DNA from: Alphaproteobacteria bacterium
GTDB lineage: Bacteria; Pseudomonadota; Alphaproteobacteria; Micavibrionales; Micavibrionaceae
DNA: 64,000 bases
NCBI GenBank assembly: GCA_050297015.1
Contig: JBNKRZ010000013.1
Coordinates: 3,676-67,675, forward strand
Direction of reading: 5' to 3'
Shown here: positions 1 to 10,231 of the stretch, piece by piece
How positions within the stretch are numbered: position 1 is the stretch's first letter
How the letters are laid out: every line of letters starts with the position of its first letter
Program-made: the position numbers and the translations under genes
The notes under the pieces: generated by a model
What the model was told of the DNA's origin: nothing
Database searches by the model: none
What the model saw: the letters and a program-made list of their open reading frames with translations, nothing else

Positions 1-1123
1 CCTTATCAAGGATTTTGCGCATCATCTGCGGCGTGCGGGTCATGTCGGTTGGGCGGATTGCCTCGTGCGCTTCTTGCGCGTTTTTGGCTTTGGATTTGTA
101 CATGCGCGGGGAATCGGGCAGGTACTTATCGCCGAATTCCTTCTTGATGACATCGCGGGCCTGCATGACCGCCTCCGGGGCCATGTCGATCCCGTCCGTA
201 CGCATATAGGTAATTAAACCAGCAGTTTCTCCGTCGATATTGATTCCTTCATAGAGCTTTTGTGCGGTGCGCATGGTCTGGCTGGCCGCCATGCCCAGCT
301 TGCGTGAGGCCTCCATTTGCAAGGTTGATGTGATGAAGGGCGGGTAAGGGTTTCGCCGCGCTTGTTTCTTTGTAACTTTCTGGACAGCCAGTGCCTTGTT
401 TTTGATGCGCTCAACGGCGTGGGCGGCGTCGGCTTCGCTTTTGATGTCGAGTTTGTCGAGCTTGTTCCCGGCCAGATGCGTCAGACGCGCGGTGAAAGGG
501 GCGCCGGCGGGCGTGTGGAGCTTGGCCTCAATCGACCAGTATTCATCGGCGCGGAATATCTCAATTTCTGATTCACGCTCACAAATCAGGCGCAGCGCTA
601 CGGATTGTACACGGCCCGCAGAGCGTGAACCCGGCAGCTTGCGCCACAGGATCGGGGAGAGGTTAAAGCCCACAAGGTAGTCCAGTGCTCGCCGCGCGAG
701 GTAGGCTTCGATCAAAGGCTGGTCAATTTCACGCGTATTGTTAAAGGCTTCCTGTACGGCGGCCTTGGTGATCTGGTTAAAGGTCACACGTTTGACATCC
801 TTGCCTGCGAGCAACCCGTCATCCGTCAGCAGTTCTTTGACGTGCCAGCAAATCGCTTCTCCCTCACGGTCGGGGTCTCCCGCGAGATAGAGGGTCTTGG
901 CTTTTTTAAGCGCCTTTTTGATTTCACCATAGGGTTTATCCGCCCGGTCGCCCATCTGCCATTTCATGGCAAAACCGTCATCAGGCAGGACGGAGCCGTC
1001 TTTGTTTACAAGGTCGCGCACGTGGCCGTAGGAGGCGAGAACTTCGTAGTCCGGGCCGAGATACTTGTTAATGGTCTTGGCCTTGGCGGGCGATTCAACA
1101 ATGACAATATTCTGTGCGCTCAA
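1..1123 (-). CDS. topA: DNA topoisomerase I, N-terminal part (gene runs off the window start)
   Basis: Absent from the ORF track because it is truncated. My reverse-strand translation from TTG at 1121-1123 reads LSAQNIVIVESPAKAKTINKYLG...LYLAGDPDREGEAICWHV (TOPRIM/Topo IA signature). It lies directly downstream of dprA, a common arrangement. Confidence 0.9.
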   Translation of the reverse strand, partial: MSAQNIVIVESPAKAKTINKYLGPDYEVLASYGHVRDLVNKDGSVLPDDGFAMKWQMGDRADKPYGEIKKALKKAKTLYLAGDPDREGEAICWHVKELLTDDGLLAGKDVKRVTFNQITKAAVQEAFNNTREIDQPLIEAYLARRALDYLVGFNLSPILWRKLPGSRSAGRVQSVALRLICERESEIEIFRADEYWSIEAKLHTPAGAPFTARLTHLAGNKLDKLDIKSEADAAHAVERIKNKALAVQKVTKKQARRNPYPPFITSTLQMEASRKLGMAASQTMRTAQKLYEGINIDGETAGLITYMRTDGIDMAPEAVMQARDVIKKEFGDKYLPDSPRMYKSKAKNAQEAHEAIRPTDMTRTPQMMRKILDK

Positions 1124-1185
1124 TAGTCTTTATCCCGTTTTTTGAAATAGGGTCTTTAGCCATTGCCATGAAAACGGGGTGGTCG

Positions 1186-2355
1186 TCAAGTCTCCTCAAG
1201 CAACATAATACGGTTACCGGGGAGGCGCTGGAGCTGCCCGGTGAGCTCTGCTTCAAGGAAAAGGCTTTGTGCTAACGCGGCATCGACCCCAGTCTGGCGA
1301 ATGATTTCATCCACTTGCGCAGGGGTGAATGACAGGGCGGCCAGTAAGATTTCGCGTGCTTCCTCAAGGGCGTTAGAATTTTCTTTTTCCAGCGGCGCGA
1401 AGTCTATGAATTCGGGCTGCGCGGAATCAAACAGCATTTTAGGCGCGCCGGAAAAATCATTTAAGGATTCCAGAACATCTTCAGTGCTGCGGATGAGTAC
1501 CGCGCCGTCACGGATCAGCTTGTTCGGCCCGGCGGCGCGTGGGTCGAGCGGGTGGCCCGGCACGGCCATAACATCGCGTCCCTGTTCCCCCGCCAGTCGC
1601 GCGGTAATTAGCGAGCCGGAGCGCAATGTGGCCTCCACAACGATTGTGCCGCTGGACAGGCCGGAGACGATCCGGTTGCGGCGGGGAAAGCTTTGCGCGA
1701 AGGGTTTCTGGCCCAGCGGGCTTTCGGCAACGATCAGGCCGTGTTTGACAATTTCATTATAGAGGTCTTCGTTTTCCGGTGGGTAGACGACATCAATCCC
1801 TCCGGCGACGACGGCGATCGTGCCTGTCTTGAGGGCACCTTTATGGGCGGCTGTGTCAATGCCGCGCGCGAGGCCGGAGGCGATGATCTGCCCGGCGTCC
1901 CCCAGTTCGGTTGCCAGCTTTTCGGCAAATTTCCGGCCGTTGAGGGAGGCGTTACGCGCCCCGACGATGCCGAGGCACGGCTTGTTCAGGAGGGCGGTAT
2001 CGCCGCGTACGGAGAGCACGGGGGGTGCGTCCTCCAGCGTGGCCAGTGCCAACGGATATGCAGGCTCGCAGGCGCAGATGATGTCTCCGCCCCGTTTTTT
2101 GAGCGCTCTGTATTCGGCCTCAATCGCGGATAGGGGCGGGATTTTGAGCGGCTTTTTACGGCCGCTGCGCGCGGTGAGGGTCGGAATTTGCTCAAGGGCT
2201 TTGCCAGCGCTGCCGTAATATTGCAGGAAATTGTGAAAGGTAATTGGCCCGACATTTTCCGTGCGGGAGAGTTGCAGCCACGCTAGCTTTTCCTGTTCGG
2301 AGAGGGGGGTGTCACTTTGTGTATTACGGCTATTGTTCACTAACTCTAATTGCAT
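1186..2355 (-). CDS. dprA: DNA processing protein DprA/Smf
   Basis: 389-aa ORF with the DprA core GIVGARNASLNGRKFA...ASGLARGIDTAAHKGAL...VAGGIDVVYPPEN. Shows the dprA-topA adjacency. Confidence 0.9.
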   Translation of the reverse strand: MQLELVNNSRNTQSDTPLSEQEKLAWLQLSRTENVGPITFHNFLQYYGSAGKALEQIPTLTARSGRKKPLKIPPLSAIEAEYRALKKRGGDIICACEPAYPLALATLEDAPPVLSVRGDTALLNKPCLGIVGARNASLNGRKFAEKLATELGDAGQIIASGLARGIDTAAHKGALKTGTIAVVAGGIDVVYPPENEDLYNEIVKHGLIVAESPLGQKPFAQSFPRRNRIVSGLSSGTIVVEATLRSGSLITARLAGEQGRDVMAVPGHPLDPRAAGPNKLIRDGAVLIRSTEDVLESLNDFSGAPKMLFDSAQPEFIDFAPLEKENSNALEEAREILLAALSFTPAQVDEIIRQTGVDAALAQSLFLEAELTGQLQRLPGNRIMLLEET

Positions 2356-2421
2356 TTTACATAATCCAAAATGAAAAAGGATGGCTGATGGGCGAGGGGG
2401 TGGGTATGGTTGCGGTTGACC

Positions 2422-3051
2422 TCACGCATCTTTCTTTTTCCCGATTTTCGGCTCGATGCCTTTTAACAGGCGCTTGATGTTGTCTTTGTGACGGAGGAAG
2501 CCCAGTGCGGTAATGAGCAGGCAAATCAGGGCCGCTGTTTTGCCGTACATGAACGCTGTCACGACCGGGGCGACGGCTAGTGCTATGAGGGCGGATAGGG
2601 ACGATATGCGGCTGGTGAAAGCGGTTATAAGCCATGTGGCACAGGCGGCTAACCCCGCCCACGGTGCGGCAACCAATAGCACGCCCAGCGTTGTGGCGAC
2701 GCCCTTGCCGCCTTTGAATTTTAGCCAGACCGGGAAATTATGGCCGAGGATGGCGCCGAGACCGACAATCAGGGCTATAGCGTAATGGGCTTTCATATCC
2801 ATAAAAAATTGATCCGTCATGGGAGCGGGAATTCCTGCCAGAATAATAACGGCGGCGGCACCTTTACCGCCATCGAGCAACAAAGTCAGGGCCGCGAGTT
2901 TTTTATTGCCGGTGCGCAGGACATTTGTCGCGCCGATATTGCCGGAGCCGATGGCGCGGATGTCTCCCATCCCGGCCATTTTTGTTAGGAGTAAGCCAAA
3001 GGGAATGGAGCCGATCAGGTAGGCGACAATAAAGAGAAGCGGGAGGAGCAT
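2422..3051 (-). CDS. plsY: Glycerol-3-phosphate acyltransferase PlsY
   Basis: 209 aa, polytopic. Motifs GSIPFGLLLTK, GDIRAIGSGNIGATNVLRTGNKKLA and LLLDGGKG are typical of PlsY. Confidence 0.9.
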   Translation of the reverse strand: MLLPLLFIVAYLIGSIPFGLLLTKMAGMGDIRAIGSGNIGATNVLRTGNKKLAALTLLLDGGKGAAAVIILAGIPAPMTDQFFMDMKAHYAIALIVGLGAILGHNFPVWLKFKGGKGVATTLGVLLVAAPWAGLAACATWLITAFTSRISSLSALIALAVAPVVTAFMYGKTAALICLLITALGFLRHKDNIKRLLKGIEPKIGKKKDA

Positions 3052-3055
3052 TGAT

Positions 3056-4027
3056 TTAATCCCTCAAAAGCAAATCAAGCACGGCCATGCGAACGAAGAC
3101 ACCGTTGGCGACCTGTCTTAAAATCATGCTTTGTACGGGGTCGTCAGCTACGTCGTCGGCGATTTCCACACCGCGGTTGATGGGGCCGGGGTGCAAAACA
3201 ATCGCACCGGGTTTGGCTAGCGCCAGCCGTTCCTGCGTCAGGCCGTATTGGTGGAAGTATGCCGTATCGTCGGGGATTTCGCTGTCTTCCATGCGTTCCT
3301 TTTGAACCCGTAACATCATCACGGCATCGCAGCCGGGCAGGCCGTCTTCCATGCTATCGAACATTTTGATGGTACCGTCCGGCAATTTGTTCGGGTTAAC
3401 CATGAGCGACGGCGGCGCGATCAGGTGGATAGTTGCCCCCATTTTGCTGAGCAGGTGGATGTTCGACGCGGCAACGCGGCTGTGGGATAGGTCGCCGCAA
3501 ATCGCCACGGTCAGGCCTTCTAGCGCGCCCTTGGCTTGCCGGATTGTCAGAGCGTCGAGCAGGGCTTGTGTCGGGTGGGCGCGGTGGCTGTCCCCGGCAT
3601 TGATAACCGGGCAGTCGACACGGGCGGCGACGTAATCGGGTGCGCCGTATTCACTGTGGCGGATGATGACGGCATCCGGGCCTAGGGCGTTGAGTGTGGC
3701 GATGGTGTCATCGAAGGTTTCATCCTTTTTCATGGAGCTGGTGGCAACGCTCCAGTTCACAACTTCCGCCCCCAGCCGTTTGGCGGCGATCTCGAACGAG
3801 GTGCGGGTGCGCGTTGAATTTTCAAAGAACAGGTTCAGGATGACTTTACCCTTTAAGGTCGGGGCAGGGCTTTCCTCTTCGGCTGCCATATCGACGTAAT
3901 CCTGCGCGATATCGAGAATGGCCGTTATGTCAGCGGTGCTTAAAGGCTCTATACCGGTCAGGTGCTTATGCGGGAAAGCCGCTTTTGTATCGGTCATTGG
4001 TTTTATCAATTCCATGGCTAGGGTCAT
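3056..4027 (-). CDS. pyrB: Aspartate carbamoyltransferase catalytic subunit
   Basis: 323 aa with FFENSTRTRTSFE, HPTQALLD and LHPGPINRGVEI motifs. Confidence 0.95.
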   Translation of the reverse strand: MTLAMELIKPMTDTKAAFPHKHLTGIEPLSTADITAILDIAQDYVDMAAEEESPAPTLKGKVILNLFFENSTRTRTSFEIAAKRLGAEVVNWSVATSSMKKDETFDDTIATLNALGPDAVIIRHSEYGAPDYVAARVDCPVINAGDSHRAHPTQALLDALTIRQAKGALEGLTVAICGDLSHSRVAASNIHLLSKMGATIHLIAPPSLMVNPNKLPDGTIKMFDSMEDGLPGCDAVMMLRVQKERMEDSEIPDDTAYFHQYGLTQERLALAKPGAIVLHPGPINRGVEIADDVADDPVQSMILRQVANGVFVRMAVLDLLLRD

Positions 4028-4054
4028 TGCTTTTCTATAGCGCCAAATGGGCGA

Positions 4055-4561
4055 CTAAAAAAGGGAAAAGTCACGAAATTGATAAAGAGCGGCAAGGATA
4101 ATCCCGGCGGCGAACCCCGGTCCGGCAGGAATTTGCAAGTGGGCGAAGTTAATTTGTTCTTTTGTCTTGTGGGTTTGATAGAGGCCGTATCCCAGTCCGT
4201 GAAGTAACCCGGCGAAAGCGCCGAGCGCCAAAGCCAGCATAACGCCGTCCGGCCCAAGCCATAATCCGGCGGCTCCCATTAATTTGACATCGCCCAGCCC
4301 TAACGCGTCGGTTTTATACAGGCGGTTGGCAATCAGGCGGATGAGGTAGAGTGTAGCAAATCCCGTAAGGCCTCCGGTGGCGATCCCGATCAGAGACAGG
4401 TAAGTCATTTGTGTGGCATCGTGAAAAAGGAGGCCCGTCAGAGCAAAGGGCGTAACGTACCGGTCCGGCAGCAGGCGCGTGCGCAGGTCAATGGCTGAAA
4501 GTACGATTAAAAGAGCGAGGGCAGCCGCAAGGCATAACAGGGCAATTGTAAATGGAAACAT
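4055..4561 (-). CDS. Prepilin peptidase, short A24-family form (peptidase domain only)
   Basis: 168 aa, multi-TM. Both catalytic Asp contexts are present (SAIDLRTRLLPD and GLGDVKLMGAAGLW). There is no N-terminal methyltransferase or zinc-finger extension. Confidence 0.75.
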   Translation of the reverse strand: MFPFTIALLCLAAALALLIVLSAIDLRTRLLPDRYVTPFALTGLLFHDATQMTYLSLIGIATGGLTGFATLYLIRLIANRLYKTDALGLGDVKLMGAAGLWLGPDGVMLALALGAFAGLLHGLGYGLYQTHKTKEQINFAHLQIPAGPGFAAGIILAALYQFRDFSLF

Positions 4562-4733
4562 GGCGGGCTTTCCTGAGGGAAAAACTGTGAGTATTTCGCG
4601 TAACGCTTTCAGCTTACAGTAATAAACTTATGTGGAAAAGTTTTTGTGTTTGAATTTTTTGTATTTGCCGTTAGACTAACAGAGTGATTCTATTTGCGGG
4701 AAAGTTTCTCCGTGTCTTTTTTTCGTCTGTCCC

Positions 4734-5129
4734 ATGACGGTTGAGTTGATGTCTGAAGAAAAAACAGTGTTAGTGGTCGAGGATAACGACTTTGTGCGTA
4801 TGCAAATTGTCAGTTTTCTCGGAGAGGTCGGGTACAATGTGCTTGAGGCCAGTGAGGGCGGTCAGGCGTTGGAGGCTTTTGCGGGTAATGATAATATCGC
4901 TCTGGCTATCGTTGATGTGCGGATGGAACCGGTCGGTGGTTTTGAATTTGTTAAGGCGATTCGGGGGCGTGATAACATGACCCCGGTTATTCTGGCGACG
5001 GGGGATCAAACGCCGGACTTGCTGGAGCAGGCGCAAAAATTGGGGGTGGCTGCTGTTTTGATGAAACCTGTGCAAAAGGATAGGTTGATAAAAATGGTGG
5101 AGCGTACTGTGATGAGCGGAGGAGGATGA
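4734..5129 (+). CDS. Single-domain response regulator (CheY-like receiver)
   Basis: 131 aa with receiver signature VLVVEDNDF, phospho-acceptor context AIVDVRMEP, TPVILATG and LMKPV. No output domain. The secretin gene starts 4 nt after its stop. Confidence 0.85.
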   Translation: MTVELMSEEKTVLVVEDNDFVRMQIVSFLGEVGYNVLEASEGGQALEAFAGNDNIALAIVDVRMEPVGGFEFVKAIRGRDNMTPVILATGDQTPDLLEQAQKLGVAAVLMKPVQKDRLIKMVERTVMSGGG

Positions 5130-5133
5130 TTTC

Positions 5134-6801
5134 GTGACGGGGGTTGCAAAGATCGGTACTTTAAAAAGTGGGGAGCGGAAAAATAATCGGCTGTCCGCTT
5201 CCGGTTATTTGTGTCTTTTGATGTTGCTCTTCCCTGTTTTGCCCATGCAAGGCTGTGCGCAGGCTGATTTGCCGGGTGCGCGCAATGTTTCTATCCCCAA
5301 TCCTGAATTTGCCAGTAAACGCGAAGAAGCTGTGAATGAGCGTCCGGATAGTGTGCTCTATTTGCCTTTGGGGCGGGATGTTTTGGTTCCGGAAATTAGT
5401 GCTGACGATCCTTTGCCTTCCGATAATGTGGGGCCTTTTGAACTGCGCGGGGAGACATTGGCCGGGGCGCTGCAATTAATTTTGGCCGATTATGATGTCT
5501 CTTTGGCGTTTGAGTCTGATGAAGGGCTTGATCGGCGGATTACTGTGGCGAATTTGCGTGGTCCTCTGAATCGCGTTGTGCGCCGCATTTGCGGCTTGGC
5601 GGATATGTATTGCGCTTATGAGGACGGCCTTTTGATTGTTAAGGAGACGCAGACTTTCACGGTAAAGATACCGCCGATCAGCCAGGATGCTAGCTTTATG
5701 AGTAATGTAGCCAAGGGGTTGCAGGCCGTGATTGGTACGGCACCTATTGTTGATGAATCGACGCGGACCTTGATTTATGAGGCTACGCAGCGGACGGCTG
5801 AGGTTGCTGAACGCTATTTTCAACGCATGCGTTCCAATACGGCTTTGATCGTGTTTGAAACTTATATTTGGGAAGTCGGCTTGAATAGCGGTAATTCCAC
5901 GGGGATCCAGTGGGATACGCTAGAGACGCTCGGCAAATATACGATGAATCTTGATATCAATGGTTCTGTTGGCGCGGACTTTTCAAATCCGATTAGTATA
6001 GGCCTGCCCACCACGCACGGTGCAGAGGGCGGTGTTTTCTCTCCGACGGATATTCTTGATTTTATGTCGAACTTCGGTGCGGTTAAAACGATATCTCAAC
6101 CGCAAATTACGGTGCTGTCTGGTTCTGAAGCGAAGTTGCGGGCGGCGGACACGGAAAACTATGTCTCTGAAATATCGGAAACGATTGATAACGGGCAATC
6201 GTCTACATCTGTAAGTACCAGCTCTGTTGATACCGGTTTTACGATTTCGATCGCCAGTGCTTGGGATAATGCCAGTATTTATGCCGATATTTCTATTCTT
6301 CTATCGGATGTATCGGAAATTGAAGACTTTACGTTCTCCTCGGCCGGCGGTGGGGATACAATTATTCAGTTGCCGAAAACGACGGAGCGTGAGCTTCAAA
6401 CGCAGGTGCGTATCCGCCCGGGTGATTCTTTGTTGATTGCCGGTCTTGTACGGGAAAGCGATAATTTCAGTTCTTCCGGTCCGGGGTTTGCCGAGCCGTT
6501 TTTCCCAAGCAGTCGTACGGCGACGGCGGAAAATCTGGAGCTTGTGTTCTTATTGCGGCCGCGCGTGATTGTTTACACCAGTCCTTCAGAGAGTGAGCAT
6601 TATAATGCCGTTCGTGGTGCGGCCTTTCAGCAAAAAACGAAGGGGGCCGTGCCTGTGTCTGGAGATGAAAATGGGGACGAGGAACTGGTCTTTGAATATG
6701 ATTTCGCGCCTTTGATGGTTGATGCTATGCCTGAGGAAGATGCGCATGAGGAGGAGGCCTCCGTTCCTGTTGACGTTTTGGCACCGGGAGGACGGCAATG
6801 A
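5134..6801 (+). CDS. Secretin (type IV pilus/T2SS family), possibly a lipoprotein
   Basis: 555 aa. N-terminal hydrophobic segment ending LPMQGC (atypical lipobox). C-terminal secretin core AVKTISQPQITVLSGSEAKLRAAD...IRPGDSLLIAGLVRES...LELVFLLRPRVI. Confidence 0.8.
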   Translation: MTGVAKIGTLKSGERKNNRLSASGYLCLLMLLFPVLPMQGCAQADLPGARNVSIPNPEFASKREEAVNERPDSVLYLPLGRDVLVPEISADDPLPSDNVGPFELRGETLAGALQLILADYDVSLAFESDEGLDRRITVANLRGPLNRVVRRICGLADMYCAYEDGLLIVKETQTFTVKIPPISQDASFMSNVAKGLQAVIGTAPIVDESTRTLIYEATQRTAEVAERYFQRMRSNTALIVFETYIWEVGLNSGNSTGIQWDTLETLGKYTMNLDINGSVGADFSNPISIGLPTTHGAEGGVFSPTDILDFMSNFGAVKTISQPQITVLSGSEAKLRAADTENYVSEISETIDNGQSSTSVSTSSVDTGFTISIASAWDNASIYADISILLSDVSEIEDFTFSSAGGGDTIIQLPKTTERELQTQVRIRPGDSLLIAGLVRESDNFSSSGPGFAEPFFPSSRTATAENLELVFLLRPRVIVYTSPSESEHYNAVRGAAFQQKTKGAVPVSGDENGDEELVFEYDFAPLMVDAMPEEDAHEEEASVPVDVLAPGGRQ

Positions 6802-8378
6802 GGCAAAAGGGATATGTTTTGTTGAATCTTCTGGCTTTGACGGTTTGTGCCGTGATGGCATGTGGCGCTTTTGCGCCGGCATTTGCTCAGAGTGCGTTTG
6901 ATGACCCTGCGGCGCGTTCCGCCGGGGGGAAGGCGGGGGGGAGTCTCGTTCCGGTTGCTCCTGTCGTTGATGGGGGCTCTGTTTCCGTCGGCGCTACGGC
7001 GCAGGTGGTGGTTCTCTTCCGTAACGATAGTGCACGGCCTGTTGAGACGGGCGCTATTCAGCTCTATCCTTCTTCGACGGTATCGGCAAATGTTTCTCTA
7101 AACCAGTGTGATAAGGAGCCTTTACCCGCAGGCGCATCCTGCGCGGTGGCGTTGTCTGTGAAGGGGCTTCAGGCGGGGAATTGGCGGATTGAAATGCTGA
7201 TGCGCCACAGCGGTCGCGCGCGGATTGTAACGGCGACGCTTTCGGGGGTCGTTGATGCCGGCGAAGGCGGTGGTAATGAGTTTATTAGTGATATTGAAGC
7301 CATTCCCAATGATCTTGATTTTGGCGAACTGACAACCAGCCAACCGGTTATAAAGGCGATTGTGCTGCGGAATATCACTTCGGAGACGGTTGATATTAAT
7401 GCAATTTATGTCGAGGCGGCGGAGCAAGCCGGTTATTCCTTGCGCAGCGATTGCGGAACGCTGGAGCCGGGGCAGGCCTGTATTGTGACTCTTACATGGT
7501 CGCCGGTGCTCAAGGGGCAGGCGACAGGTGTTTTGTTGATCGACCATACGGGACCTACGACCGTTACAAGTGTACCGCTGACCGGGGAGTTTAATCCTGA
7601 TAGCTCTGATGAAGCCGAAGTCTTCCCGGAGGCTGTGCCGGGCAAGGGGCTTCTGGTTGCTTCACAGAGCACGATTGATTTCGGCGCAGATATTGAAACG
7701 ACCTCGGCGATTACGGTGTCCTTGGTGAATGTCGGCGATGCGGCTCTAACACTGGGAGAAGTTGATTTGGCGGGTTCTGATAACGGCCTGAGCCTGAATA
7801 AGAAGGGCTGTGTGCCGGGAACCGTTTTGGAGCCTGTGGAGGCGTGTCCATTGACTGTTGCTTGGTCGCCGGTCCGCGAAGGCGCGATTATTGACGATAT
7901 TCAGGTTATTCATGATGGCGCGCGCGGTATTCTCGTCCTTCCTGTACGGGGCGAGTCTACGGGCGTCATTTCTCAGGATAAAAAGGCTGTGCGTCTTGGG
8001 GGCGCGACAACGGTGGGGACGCTGGCGTCTACCGGCTCCTCCGGTGGAAAGAGCGATAAGGAAGAGTTTATTGTGATCCGTGACAATGATGTTGATCCGG
8101 CCAGCGTTCTTGATGGTTTTGTGGTAACATCGCATTCTTCCAAGCGGGCAATTATCGCCGGGCCAGGCGGAAGCCGTATCGTGTTTGATGGTGAGGAGGT
8201 CGTGGTCGGCGGGTTCTTATGGTATGTTAATATACGCACCAGCGGCGTTGAATTCCGCAGCGGTCCGGACAAGGTTCTTTTGCTTTTCGACCGCTCTTTA
8301 TCTTCTGTTAACCGTGTTACGGGACAATCGAGCAGCAGTACGAGTTCTTCCACGGTGTCGAGCAGTACAAGTCAGTAA
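6798..8378 (+). CDS. Secreted pilus-cluster protein: three beta-sandwich (ASH/choice-of-anchor-D-like) repeats plus a PilP/GspC-HR-like C-terminal domain and a Ser-rich tail
   Basis: 526 aa with signal peptide ...AFAPAFAQ. Carries three repeats of the pattern (L/I)DFG...N.....(V/L)....C..L.PG..C.(V/L)...W.P...G. The C-terminal segment reads IVFDGEEVVVGGFLWYVNIRTSGVEFRSGPDKVLLLF. Start overlaps the secretin stop by 4 nt. Confidence 0.5.
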   Translation: MRQKGYVLLNLLALTVCAVMACGAFAPAFAQSAFDDPAARSAGGKAGGSLVPVAPVVDGGSVSVGATAQVVVLFRNDSARPVETGAIQLYPSSTVSANVSLNQCDKEPLPAGASCAVALSVKGLQAGNWRIEMLMRHSGRARIVTATLSGVVDAGEGGGNEFISDIEAIPNDLDFGELTTSQPVIKAIVLRNITSETVDINAIYVEAAEQAGYSLRSDCGTLEPGQACIVTLTWSPVLKGQATGVLLIDHTGPTTVTSVPLTGEFNPDSSDEAEVFPEAVPGKGLLVASQSTIDFGADIETTSAITVSLVNVGDAALTLGEVDLAGSDNGLSLNKKGCVPGTVLEPVEACPLTVAWSPVREGAIIDDIQVIHDGARGILVLPVRGESTGVISQDKKAVRLGGATTVGTLASTGSSGGKSDKEEFIVIRDNDVDPASVLDGFVVTSHSSKRAIIAGPGGSRIVFDGEEVVVGGFLWYVNIRTSGVEFRSGPDKVLLLFDRSLSSVNRVTGQSSSSTSSSTVSSSTSQ

Positions 8379-8396
8379 TTCAACCGGTTAAAGGTT

Positions 8397-10226
8397 ATGG
8401 ACGAACAGGATTTACCAGAAAAAGAAAATCAGGATGTACTGCCCGATGATGTGGTAGCCGATCGCCGTTCTTCATCTGATGCGGATCGTCGCCAAAAACC
8501 GGGGACGCCGCCCGATGGGGTTGAGCGCCGCCAGTGGAACGACCGCCGTAAACAGCGGGCGATTGAGGGCCGTGAACGCTATCTGGATATGGTGCAACGC
8601 GAGCGTTCCATTCTTTTCGATCAGGGGGTTTCCCGATCGACAGATCAGTTGCTTGATATGGCGGGCGCTGGCGCCGTTTCGGATTTAGAAGATGAAGGCA
8701 TTAAAGAGCAAGCGACCGGGGATCAGCTCCGTTCTATTTTACCTGTGCAGTCGTGGTTGCCGCTTAGTATTCACCTGATAGGTTTGCGCGACGGTGTATT
8801 ACGGATTGCTCCTCTTCACGAGATGAATGACCGCCAGATTAAGGCTCTGACCTCGACAGCACGCCGGACGGGGTTGAGCGTTGAAAAGGTTGAGGTTGAG
8901 ATTTGGGATCGGGCGGAACTGCTTGAGACGCTGCGTTCCGTTCATGATTTGTCGGCAGACCGCTGTGAAAAAACCTTGGCGCAATGGCTGGCTGATGTCG
9001 ATAACGGGCTTTTATTGAACCAATTCCAGCAAGATATGATGGCCGAAGCGCTGCAAATGCGGGCCTCTGATATTCACCTTTTGCAGGATAATAACCCCGA
9101 TTCACCGAACTGGATTCGCTACCGGATTGATGGTGATCTGGTTCCTATTCATTTGTTGCCACCTGATGCGATGGCCCGCTTGACGACTTTGTTGAAACGG
9201 GATGCGGGTTTGAACTTCGGGGATAAAACCACACCGAAGGATGGCCGTTTTGGCTTCTCGTGGCAGGGCCGAAGCATCGATGTGCGGGTGGCTGCCGGCC
9301 CGCAAGCGCAGGAAGGGGAAAAGCTGACCCTTCGTTTGTTGGACCGGGCCTCTTTGAAAAGTTTTGATGAGCTCTTTCGCCGTCACGAACATATCGGTGA
9401 TTATCTGGCGAATTTGCTCTCACCGGAGATTAAAGGGGGCGGAGGGCTGATCTTGCTTTCCGGGCCGACGGGATCGGGTAAAACGACGACGATGTATGCC
9501 TGCGTTCAGCAAATTGACCGCCGCCGCCGTCACGTTTTGACGATTGAAGATCCGATTGAATATGAACTGCGCTATGCGACCCAGTGGCAGGTGCGCCCCG
9601 GTATGGCCGGCGGGGAGTTTCCCGATTTGATTAGGGCGGCGATGCGTCATGACCCGGACTATATTATCATTGGGGAGATGAGGGATGCGGATACGGTGGA
9701 AACGTCTTTGCGGGCGGCTGAATCCGGGCACACGGTGATTTCAACCATCCACGCGGATACGGCGCTCCAGACGTTCGAGCGCTTGCGTTCGCTGATGCCG
9801 CATGAACGGGAGCGTTCTTCCAGCTATACTTTGGCGCAGCAGGTAAAAGCGGTCCTAAATCAGCGCTTGGTGCGGACTTTGTGTCAGGGCTGCGCCCATA
9901 CGGAAGTGGCCGGGCTTTATCTGGGTGAGCACGAAATCGAAGAGCTGGGGATCGACAGTGATGCGACTGTGCGCCGCCATAACCCCAGTGGCTGCGATTT
10001 GTGTAACCGGACCGGGATTGTCGGACGGACCCTGCTTTTGGATGCTTTGATGATTACATTAGGGCCGGGACAGAGAAATGATATTTACGAAGCCCTCATG
10101 AAAAACGTTAATGATATCGTTCATGAAGATGGCGTTATGGTTCATACGCGCCGTGAGGGTCTGATTGATCTTGTGTTAAGCGGACTGATTGATCCTAAAT
10201 CAGCCCTTTCTTATCTGGAAGAGTAA
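8397..10226 (+). CDS. GspE/PilB-family assembly ATPase
   Basis: 609 aa with Walker A LLSGPTGSGKTTT, IIIGEMRD, GHTVISTIHA and a tetracysteine motif CQGC...CDLC. Has a GspE_N-like domain preceded by an Arg/Asp-rich N-terminal extension. Confidence 0.9.
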   Translation: MDEQDLPEKENQDVLPDDVVADRRSSSDADRRQKPGTPPDGVERRQWNDRRKQRAIEGRERYLDMVQRERSILFDQGVSRSTDQLLDMAGAGAVSDLEDEGIKEQATGDQLRSILPVQSWLPLSIHLIGLRDGVLRIAPLHEMNDRQIKALTSTARRTGLSVEKVEVEIWDRAELLETLRSVHDLSADRCEKTLAQWLADVDNGLLLNQFQQDMMAEALQMRASDIHLLQDNNPDSPNWIRYRIDGDLVPIHLLPPDAMARLTTLLKRDAGLNFGDKTTPKDGRFGFSWQGRSIDVRVAAGPQAQEGEKLTLRLLDRASLKSFDELFRRHEHIGDYLANLLSPEIKGGGGLILLSGPTGSGKTTTMYACVQQIDRRRRHVLTIEDPIEYELRYATQWQVRPGMAGGEFPDLIRAAMRHDPDYIIIGEMRDADTVETSLRAAESGHTVISTIHADTALQTFERLRSLMPHERERSSSYTLAQQVKAVLNQRLVRTLCQGCAHTEVAGLYLGEHEIEELGIDSDATVRRHNPSGCDLCNRTGIVGRTLLLDALMITLGPGQRNDIYEALMKNVNDIVHEDGVMVHTRREGLIDLVLSGLIDPKSALSYLEE

Positions 10227-10231
10227 AGCCC

